A stretch of 64,000 bases of DNA, taken from contig JANXZO010000058.1 of assembly GCA_025355465.1 (NCBI GenBank), forward strand, positions 6,164 to 70,163. The letters are read 5' to 3'. The DNA comes from Bacteroidales bacterium (GTDB taxonomy: Bacteria > Bacteroidota > Bacteroidia > Bacteroidales > FEN-979). The notes under the pieces are model-generated. The model worked only from the letters and a program-made list of their open reading frames with translations. It was not told the origin of the DNA and made no database searches. Below are positions 56,968 through 64,000 of the stretch, piece by piece. Within the stretch, counting starts at the first letter, position 1, and each line of letters opens with the position of its first letter. A program made the translations under genes and the position numbers.

Positions 56968-57978
56968 ATGAATTCAAGTTTAATTTTCAGATCTCTCTGC
57001 ACGGCCTTCTGCCTGGTGCTGGTTCTGAGTTGTGCCAAAAAAACAGAAGAGACGCCTCCCCTCCCCGCGCCTGCCGAACTCACCACTGCCACGGTAAGCG
57101 GAATTACCCAGTCAGCCGCTACAACCGGAGGAACCATCACGTCCGACGGCGGCGCTTCAATAACTGCCCGCGGTGTCTGCTGGAGTACGTCGGCCCAACC
57201 TACCACGGCGGATCCGCACACCACGGATGGCAACGGTACTGGATCCTTTACAAGTACAATGGCCGGACTTACTCCCAATACCCTGTATAATGTTCGCGCC
57301 TATGCCTCCAACAGCGCCGGAACTTCCTATGGTAATGTGCTTTCTTTAACTACCCTGAAGCAACCTGCAGATACCGTGACCGACTTCGACGGCAATGTTT
57401 ATCATCTGGTAACCATCGGTAACCAGGTCTGGTTGGCAGAAAACTTAAAGGTTACCCATTATAACGACGGCACTCCGATACCCAATGTAACTCCCGATGC
57501 GCAATGGAAAATACTTACCACCGGAGCCTGGTGCAAGTATGACAACGTCACTTCCAATGCCACAACTTACGGACTTCTTTACAACTGGTTTGCCGTGACC
57601 GACAGCCGCAATATCTGTCCTGCAGGGTGGCATATCCCCGCAGATGGAGAGTGGGCGTCGTTGTCTGCTTTCCTGGGCGGAGATGCCACCGCCGGAGGAA
57701 AAATGAAATCGACCGGAACCTACGAGGCGGGCAACGGATTATGGTATGCCCCCAACACCGGCGCTACCAATACAAGCGGATTCAAAGCCCTGCCGGCTGG
57801 TCTCAGGATCAATTACGGAAACTACTATTCGCTCGGGAATATTGCCGATTTCTGGTGCGTCTCCGACTCCTCCGCAGCCTTTTCCTGGGATTATATTCTC
57901 GATGCGAACAACGAAAGCCTGACCAGGGGATACGACTTCAAAACCAATGGATTCTCCGTTCGGTGTATCAAAGACTGA
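56968..57978 (+). CDS. Lipoprotein with an N-terminal Ig/FN3-like module and a FISUMP (Fibrobacter succinogenes major paralogous, TIGR02145) domain
   Basis: 336 aa with the lipobox LVLSC. The FISUMP pattern is DFDGNVYHLVTIGNQVWLAENL, YGLLYNW, CPAGWHIPADGEW, GGKMKS, GFKALPAG and GFSVRCIKD. Confidence 0.8.
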   Translation: MNSSLIFRSLCTAFCLVLVLSCAKKTEETPPLPAPAELTTATVSGITQSAATTGGTITSDGGASITARGVCWSTSAQPTTADPHTTDGNGTGSFTSTMAGLTPNTLYNVRAYASNSAGTSYGNVLSLTTLKQPADTVTDFDGNVYHLVTIGNQVWLAENLKVTHYNDGTPIPNVTPDAQWKILTTGAWCKYDNVTSNATTYGLLYNWFAVTDSRNICPAGWHIPADGEWASLSAFLGGDATAGGKMKSTGTYEAGNGLWYAPNTGATNTSGFKALPAGLRINYGNYYSLGNIADFWCVSDSSAAFSWDYILDANNESLTRGYDFKTNGFSVRCIKD

Positions 57979-58023
57979 CCCGATTGACAAAGGTGTCCCG
58001 GGTTGCTTCCGTGAGGATCCTGG

Positions 58024-59856
58024 CTATTCGCGGTACAGGATGGTAGCGGAACAGGCAGGCACAGCAATCGTCCCGGATACGGTTGGCCCGTTCCTGGTGA
58101 ACCGGTAGTTCTGCAGGGCGATCAGATCCTGGTAATAGGTTACCAGCTCGCTGTTCTCATACTTCCAGTCCCAGTCGATCCGGTTTACCGAATCGGGTTT
58201 GTTGAATGAGTTATGTTCCCCGCCCTTGGTCCTTTTCATCTCCTCTCCGGCATGCAGAAAAGGAATACCCTGCGAGGTCAGCACGATGGTATTGGAAAGT
58301 TTATCCATCTTCACAAGATCCGCCTCAGAAGCATCGGGCCGCGAAACTTTCAGCTTATCGTAAAGTGTCTGATTGTCATGACACGACACATAATTGATCA
58401 CCTCACCGGGATTTTTTGTATAGGGAGCTTTGGAGTAGCTCACCTTCGCATAATTGATCTGCGGATGCTGCCCGGCCGCCACAATCCCGAATTTTACCGA
58501 CTCGGTAACCTCTTTCGCTCCGTTTACAAAGCCGGTGCTCTTCTCTTCAAATACACTTCCTTTGATGCCATCGCGGATGTCGTCGCTGAAAACCGAAACC
58601 CCATCCATTTTCAGGGCATTCTTTTTCAGCGCCCGGTATTGTTCTGGCAACGGAGAGTCGCCGGCCGTCCAACCTTCACCATAAACAAGGATGGTCGGAT
58701 CGAGGGCCTTCAGTGCAGCGGCAACCTGGTTCATCGTCTCCATATCATGAATGGCCATGAGGTCGAACCTGAACCCGTCAACATGGTACTCTTTCACCCA
58801 CCAAATGACCGACTCGATGATGAATTTCCGGTACATCGCCCGGTCTGACGCGGTTTCATTGCCGCAGCCCGAAGCGTTGCTGTAGCCGCCGTCCTTCTCC
58901 CATTGCCGGTAATAATAACCGGGAACCAGTTGATCCAGGTTCGAATTGTGAGTCCATCCGGTATGGTTGTAAACCACATCCATCACCACCCGCAACCCTT
59001 TCTGATGCATCGTCTGAACCATCCTTTTATACTCCCTGATGCGCACCTTTCCGTCCGCCGGATCCGTTGAATAGGAACCTTCCGGAACGTTGTAGTTTTG
59101 CGGATCATAGCCCCAGTTATATTGGGGAACGGTTAACTTTGTCTCATCTACGCTGCAGAAATCATACGCCGGCAAGAGATGAACATGGGTAACGCCCAAT
59201 TCAGCGATGTGATCGATTCCGGTACTTTGTCCATGACTGTTCCTTGTCCCGGTCTCAGTCAGTCCGAGGAATTTCCCCTTGTTTTTGATCCCGGAATTGG
59301 AAGCCATCGAGAGATCTCTCACATGCAGTTCATACAGGATCACATCCAGCCGGCTATTAAGCGCCGGCGATTTGTCGTCTTCCCAACCTGTAGGATCGGT
59401 CTCCCTAAAATCGATGATCTCTCCGCGCCTGCCGTTCACGCCAACAGCTTTGGCATAAGGATCGGGATTTTCATCCATCCACTTTCCACCGATCTTTGCC
59501 TGGAAAGTGTAAAATGTGTTCTTCCTGTCGCCCTCCAACCTGACAGTCCAGATGCCCTCCGCCTCCTTCCGGCATACAACCTCTTCCGTGAGATCGTTTC
59601 CCAGCGAGGTTTTATACAGTTTCAGCTTCATCTCCTGCGCTGGCGGCGACCATACCTTCAGCGTGGTTTCCGTCGGGGTATACGTCACACCCAGATCGTT
59701 GCCCCGGTACACGGGATAATTTTCATAGGGGTTATAAGCCAGGTTGGTCGAAACTACATCATTGTTTATAGAAAGAATATATCCTCTTTTTTTCTCTTGA
59801 GACAAAACCTGTCCAAATAGAAGAATCATCATCAACAGGAATCCAATATGCTTCAT
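58024..59856 (-). CDS. pulA: Type I pullulanase (GH13 with N-terminal CBM)
   Basis: 610 aa with a signal peptide. Motifs: YNWGYDPQNYNVPEGSYSTDP, VVMDVVYNHT, GFRFDLM, YGEGW, YVSCHDN. Confidence 0.88.
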   Translation of the reverse strand: MKHIGFLLMMILLFGQVLSQEKKRGYILSINNDVVSTNLAYNPYENYPVYRGNDLGVTYTPTETTLKVWSPPAQEMKLKLYKTSLGNDLTEEVVCRKEAEGIWTVRLEGDRKNTFYTFQAKIGGKWMDENPDPYAKAVGVNGRRGEIIDFRETDPTGWEDDKSPALNSRLDVILYELHVRDLSMASNSGIKNKGKFLGLTETGTRNSHGQSTGIDHIAELGVTHVHLLPAYDFCSVDETKLTVPQYNWGYDPQNYNVPEGSYSTDPADGKVRIREYKRMVQTMHQKGLRVVMDVVYNHTGWTHNSNLDQLVPGYYYRQWEKDGGYSNASGCGNETASDRAMYRKFIIESVIWWVKEYHVDGFRFDLMAIHDMETMNQVAAALKALDPTILVYGEGWTAGDSPLPEQYRALKKNALKMDGVSVFSDDIRDGIKGSVFEEKSTGFVNGAKEVTESVKFGIVAAGQHPQINYAKVSYSKAPYTKNPGEVINYVSCHDNQTLYDKLKVSRPDASEADLVKMDKLSNTIVLTSQGIPFLHAGEEMKRTKGGEHNSFNKPDSVNRIDWDWKYENSELVTYYQDLIALQNYRFTRNGPTVSGTIAVPACSATILYRE

Positions 59857-59938
59857 GGTATATGGATCTATTTATTGTCCCTTTAAAATTTTCCCCCCTG
59901 CCGTGCGGCCTGTAACAGTAGAAAAGGAAGAACATCAA

Positions 59939-60187
59939 TTAGCCGTAGTGTATTAACCGGTTGCGAAACCCGACAATTTTTCTGGCATTCTCAAGTGTTG
60001 ATTCCGGTTGCAGTTTGTCAAATTTATTAACCGCTTCACCTATGATACTTAGTTGTCGTTCAATAACGCTTTGTGTCTTGAGATCCAATAAATATTCCCG
60101 CTACCTTGCAGTCGATGCGGAAAACTGCTCAATTAGTTCAATTGACCGCATAATATCAGACAAATGTTTTTTGCTTTGTTCCGTCAT
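59939..60187 (-). pseudogene. HEPN (DUF86) toxin-like gene with an in-frame TAG and a truncated C-terminus
   Basis: Hand translation gives MTEQSKKHLSDIMRSIELIEQFSASTAR*REYLLDLKTQSVIERQLSIIGEAVNKF..ARKIVGFRNRLIHYG*. The TAG is at 60101-60103. The RxxxxH motif (RNRLIH) is present, but the protein ends soon after it. Confidence 0.6.
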
Positions 60188-60197
60188 AAATTAAAAT

Positions 60198-60392
60198 CTA
60201 TGTCGAATTAATGCTATTTCTTAAATATGGATTATGAATTGATGATTCAGTAAGCAAATCTATGTCGCTAAGATCTTTATCAAATTTCGTTGTGACAGCT
60301 GAACCAAATGCATATAAATATTTGACTCTATGCGCTTTACATAAAGATTGAAAATCCTTCTCCTTATCCGATATTTCTTCTTTTATAAACAT
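60198..60392 (-). pseudogene. MNT-type nucleotidyltransferase with an internal deletion
   Basis: 64 aa. YLYAFGSAVTTKFDKDLSDIDLL runs straight into TESSIHNPYLRNSI, so the ..VEF...KVDLV.. middle section is missing. It sits 10 nt upstream of the HEPN remnant. Confidence 0.55.
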
Positions 60393-60491
60393 AATTCATA
60401 AATAATTGACTTTCCAATAAGTTCAATCCCTATGGATTGCATTTTCATTGGCTTGTTGCTTACTCCGTTTACAGGGTATAAAACCCAGCTC

Positions 60492-63488
60492 CTATTCGAC
60501 CGTAAACCGCGTGATAAAAATGCGGGTGTCATTTTTCAGTTTCAGGAGATAAACGCCACGGGTTAGTCCGCGGGTGTCGACCTGCTGAATACTGACTCCT
60601 GGCAAATCTTCGAAGGTTTCGCCGAGTACACTTCTTCCACTGAGATCGGTTACCTCCATCACAAGTCTCTTTTCGACACCGCTTATGGCGATGTTAAGGT
60701 CTCCATGAACCGGGTTGGGATAGATCCTGATCTCTGCCTGAAGTTTCTGCTGGTCGACTCCGGTGCAAACAACCACGGTCACAAGGCGTGAACTGCTGCT
60801 TCCGGTACCGCAGAAGTTGTTTCCTGCAGCGGTGATTGTACCCGTAACCGACGAGGGTCCGAATTCAACCTGGATGGCATTGGTCCCCTGGCCCTGGGTG
60901 ATGGTCGCCCCGACAGGCAGGGTCCATACATAGGATGAAGCGTTGGAAATTACCGGTATACTAAACTGGTAGCCCCCTTGCGCCTGGCAGACCGTATCCG
61001 GTCCCTGAATGGCCTGGGCATTGCCGGGTAGGGTCTCTATGGCAACATTCAGTGTGGCGGCTCCGCTGATGCAAAGGCCGGCCTGTGCGTTAACCGTGAC
61101 AAGGCCTGCATTGTTTCCCCATTGTACGTTGATGGTTGCGGTTCCCTGCCCGGAGGTGATCGATGCCCCGGTTGGTACTGTCCAGTTGTTGATTTCACCG
61201 GCGATAACAGGAACGCTGTAACTAACCGCGGAGCCGGTGCAAACGACCGTGGGACCACTGATGGGACCCGGCGTTGACGGGGTGCTGGCAAGCACTACCG
61301 CCAGCTGACTGGCCGCACTTGTACCGCAGTTGTTTCCGGCTGTTACGGTCACGTTTCCGGAGGTCATTCCCCACTGAACGCCAGCGGAAACGGAACCTTG
61401 GCCGGAGACAATGGTCGCCCCGGCAGGCACTGTCCAGGTGTAGTTTGTGGCCCCGGCAACAGGTGCAATGCTGTAATATTCAGTGGCTCCCATGCATGGG
61501 GTGGCGTTGCCCGAGATGGTACCGGGTACCGCCGGCACGGTGGATACCGTTACCATCACACTGTCCTTGGCAACATGGGCGGCATTGTCGTGCAGGGTGC
61601 AGATATACCGTGTGTTGACGGTTGGGTTTGCCGTAGGATTGGGCAGCGTGGAGTTGAATCCGGCCGGGTTTGAAGTCCAGGTATAGGTATACGGACTGAC
61701 CCCGTTGCTGGCGGTGGCCTGAAGCTGCGTGGTGGCTCCTGAACAGACCGGATTCGGTGTTGCGGAAACAGTGACTGTCATGGATTGCGTTGGCAACACT
61801 GTGATGGTCGCATTCCGCTGGTGAACCGGGGTGCCGTTGGGTCCTTTGGCAAAGAACGATGCCTGGTAGGTTGTCAGCGGTACGTTGCCTGCTAATTTCA
61901 CACGAACGATTTTAGACCCCGGAAAGGCTGTGATCTGGCTCCCCTGCGGAAAACTAAAGGTGATGGTTCCCGTTGCAGGCACCGGCGTGATCTGGCCGCT
62001 GAGGAAAACTGAATCGGTATAAAGTTTCACGCCGGGGATGCTGACCACGAAATCGGCGCTGTCACTATTCACATACAAGGTGTCGGTGTTATGGTTGATC
62101 GCCATGGCGAAATCCGGGAAATAGGCGGTGGCGCTCATGAAACTTCCCGCGCGGAAATCTGTCCAGCCCACCATACCCACTTTTTTATTGGAGATGACGC
62201 CGTTGTAGTCGCCTTGGTAACGCGGTGTTCCGCCACCGCCGCAGGTCGGACAGTCGATCTTCATTTTCTGGTTTGAGACGGCCTGGTTGGCAGCCCAGGT
62301 AACGCCGCCATTGTCGGAATAGGAGGCGTAGATGAGGGCGCTGTCGTTGGTCGGACAGTTGCGTGTATCCATCCACATGGCATACAGCCGTCCTGTTTGT
62401 TTGTCGCACCAGATGGCAGGATGCCACTGGTTATGCGTTTGCGGTGTTGGATCGTCGTTCACCAGGATCGGGGATGACCAGGTAGTTCCGCCATCGGTGG
62501 AGTAACGGCACCAGATGTCCGGTTTATTAAGATCCCCCGGGGGATCGTTGGATGCATAGACACAATAAAGCCGACCGCGGCTCGACGCGTAACTGTTGTC
62601 GGCAGCAATCATCGGGTAAGGCCGTGTACGCATGTTCTGAACCGAATTACGGCCATTCACCTGCGTCCCCACGGTGTTTGAGAAACTTTGCGTCGACATC
62701 AGACTGAACGTAAGTCCGCCGTCGGTGGAACGGTAAAAGGTGTACACCGAGTTAAAGGAGCTTCCGCTGTTGGTAACCACATAAACCGCCTTGCCCTGGA
62801 TATTGCTGTTCGGACCAACACAGGTCATCATCCCGGGGATGCTCTGCGTGGTGGGGCTGAACGTGGTGGTAAAGGTTGTTCCATGATCGGTACTGCGGGC
62901 AAAATTCCCACCCGGACCGCCGGTCATGCAAACATAAACGTTATTGGCGTTCGGGCCACTTGTCTGGTCACAGGCCATCCAGTTCTTGTCATTTCCGGCT
63001 ACTGCTGTAACAGCTGCCCCCCAGGTAGCGCCGTTGTCGGTCGATTTCATCACTTTAACCCCGGCAATCGAAGTTCCGTACATGTTCTCGTAGAAGAGGT
63101 TTCCAAGGCTGTCGTAGGCAACCACAGGGTCACCCTGCATGGATGCCCCAAAGGAGGGACTTGCATCTGCCCAGTTCAGACCATTTTCGGTATGGTGAAC
63201 AGTATTGGTGTTGTAGGCCGTAAAATACCAGGCCGGGTTCAGCGGATTCTCAGCCATGTTGCTCTCGCCGAAGTCGGTGCCAAGGTTAAAATTATCGAAG
63301 TTGTTGACAGTGATCACCGTCGATAATGGAAGTCGGGGCGTATTTGACGCGGCTTCACGCAGGTAAACCGGAATCTGGTCAAGATTTGGATTATCAATAT
63401 ATTGGGCGTGAAGTGACGGAGATGAGAGCAGTGCGATGAATATCATCACCACAGCCGTCGAAAGGCTTAAACGGGAAAATCGGGACAT
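60492..63488 (-). CDS. T9SS-secreted BNR/sialidase-like beta-propeller protein with four Ig/PKD-like repeats and a Por C-terminal tail
   Basis: 998 aa intact with the signal MSRFSRLSLSTAVVMIFIALLSSPSLHA. BNR motifs: STDNGATW, STDHGTTF, STDGGLTF, STDGGTTW, SDNGGVTW. Repeats of the form ISGxxxVCxGxxxxYSxPxxxGAxxYxWTxPxGAxIxxGQGTxxIxVxxG are present, and the tail reads IRIYPNPVHGDLNI..GVYLLKLKNDTRIFITRFTVE. Confidence 0.85.
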   Translation of the reverse strand: MSRFSRLSLSTAVVMIFIALLSSPSLHAQYIDNPNLDQIPVYLREAASNTPRLPLSTVITVNNFDNFNLGTDFGESNMAENPLNPAWYFTAYNTNTVHHTENGLNWADASPSFGASMQGDPVVAYDSLGNLFYENMYGTSIAGVKVMKSTDNGATWGAAVTAVAGNDKNWMACDQTSGPNANNVYVCMTGGPGGNFARSTDHGTTFTTTFSPTTQSIPGMMTCVGPNSNIQGKAVYVVTNSGSSFNSVYTFYRSTDGGLTFSLMSTQSFSNTVGTQVNGRNSVQNMRTRPYPMIAADNSYASSRGRLYCVYASNDPPGDLNKPDIWCRYSTDGGTTWSSPILVNDDPTPQTHNQWHPAIWCDKQTGRLYAMWMDTRNCPTNDSALIYASYSDNGGVTWAANQAVSNQKMKIDCPTCGGGGTPRYQGDYNGVISNKKVGMVGWTDFRAGSFMSATAYFPDFAMAINHNTDTLYVNSDSADFVVSIPGVKLYTDSVFLSGQITPVPATGTITFSFPQGSQITAFPGSKIVRVKLAGNVPLTTYQASFFAKGPNGTPVHQRNATITVLPTQSMTVTVSATPNPVCSGATTQLQATASNGVSPYTYTWTSNPAGFNSTLPNPTANPTVNTRYICTLHDNAAHVAKDSVMVTVSTVPAVPGTISGNATPCMGATEYYSIAPVAGATNYTWTVPAGATIVSGQGSVSAGVQWGMTSGNVTVTAGNNCGTSAASQLAVVLASTPSTPGPISGPTVVCTGSAVSYSVPVIAGEINNWTVPTGASITSGQGTATINVQWGNNAGLVTVNAQAGLCISGAATLNVAIETLPGNAQAIQGPDTVCQAQGGYQFSIPVISNASSYVWTLPVGATITQGQGTNAIQVEFGPSSVTGTITAAGNNFCGTGSSSSRLVTVVVCTGVDQQKLQAEIRIYPNPVHGDLNIAISGVEKRLVMEVTDLSGRSVLGETFEDLPGVSIQQVDTRGLTRGVYLLKLKNDTRIFITRFTVE

Positions 63489-63612
63489 GCGGAAACTTGA
63501 TTTAGTGGATTTTTCAGCCCATAAAATTATGAAAAAATCCGGCTGAAATTACGTTGTCATGTTATGGAGACCTAACAACCAGATCACCATCGCGGGTGAG
63601 TTCCCAAAAATG

Positions 63613-64000
63613 CTACCTGTAAGCGGTCATTAAAAAAACCGGGTACTCAATAAATTTTTCCGGCGAAACCTCTTTCGTGATCACAAAACAAGGATCTATC
63701 GTGATGCCCTTAAAATCCTGCCGATGCAGAATTGAGGTTAGTTTCTCCGGGTCAAATCCACGGTGAACTTTCATGTCACCATCGTGAAACGATCCGTCCT
63801 CCGTGTAAAGGTCTGCGAATGCAATGATGCCTCCGGGCTTTAACAGATGATATAATTTTCGGAAGATGGCTTCGATGTCACTGATATGGTGAAGAACCAT
63901 CTGGCTATAGATGATATCAAACGAATCTCCTCCGTATTCTTCATTTTCCAGGTTCAGGAACAAGGTTTTGAATTTCAACCGGTCATCAGGTTCCATCTTT
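63613..64000 (-). CDS. Class I SAM-dependent methyltransferase (3' part; N-terminus beyond the window end)
   Basis: The sequence is FDIIYSQMVLHHISDIEAIFRKLYHLLKPGGIIAFADL. The SAM-binding motif I must lie upstream of nt 64000. Confidence 0.65.
   Translation of the reverse strand, partial: KMEPDDRLKFKTLFLNLENEEYGGDSFDIIYSQMVLHHISDIEAIFRKLYHLLKPGGIIAFADLYTEDGSFHDGDMKVHRGFDPEKLTSILHRQDFKGITIDPCFVITKEVSPEKFIEYPVFLMTAYR

Overview
This is a 64-kb chromosomal fragment of a Bacteroidota-type genome. Evidence: many Por/T9SS C-terminal sorting tails, TAnnTTTG -7 promoter boxes, an ECF-sigma/FecR/STN-TonB-receptor/DUF4249 module and a FISUMP lipoprotein. I call about 60 protein loci, mostly on the minus strand, and no rRNA, tRNA, CRISPR array, transposase or integrase. 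All calls rest on motif recognition in the supplied translations and on hand translation; no database search was possible.

Intact genes:
- Housekeeping: manA, LOG-family hydrolase, dCMP deaminase, isoaspartyl peptidase, geranylgeranyl reductase, APC permease, acyl-CoA ligase, ABC-F ATPase, pullulanase.
- A divergent MarR / HlyD-MFS-TolC efflux locus.
- An ECF cell-surface signalling module.
- Several large T9SS cargo proteins with BNR/sortilin and Ig/BACON-like repeats.

The most system-like feature is a seven-gene, tightly packed Wsp-like chemosensory operon at 39156-47569: cheW, cheR-TPR, cheW, mcp, cheA-REC, cheB, then a REC-histidine-kinase hybrid as the apparent output.

Four window-wide oddities stand out:
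1. Tandem 7-8-nt word arrays (AAATCGT, AAAATGGY, GTGCATT, GAGTKAA) fill at least eight short intergenic spacers. In one case they form 35-bp inverted repeats that exactly bracket an M23 peptidase gene.
2. A ~75-bp structured repeat flanks an orphan MNT nucleotidyltransferase gene.
3. Gene decay is heavy: at least 12 loci carry nonsense codons, frameshifts or internal deletions. It is concentrated in T9SS cargo, glycoside hydrolase, toxin-antitoxin and sensor genes. Two frameshifts sit exactly on G8/G9 tracts.
4. There are AT-rich islands, at 12.9-18.1 kb with Fic, PhzF and ICMT-like genes, plus smaller ones.
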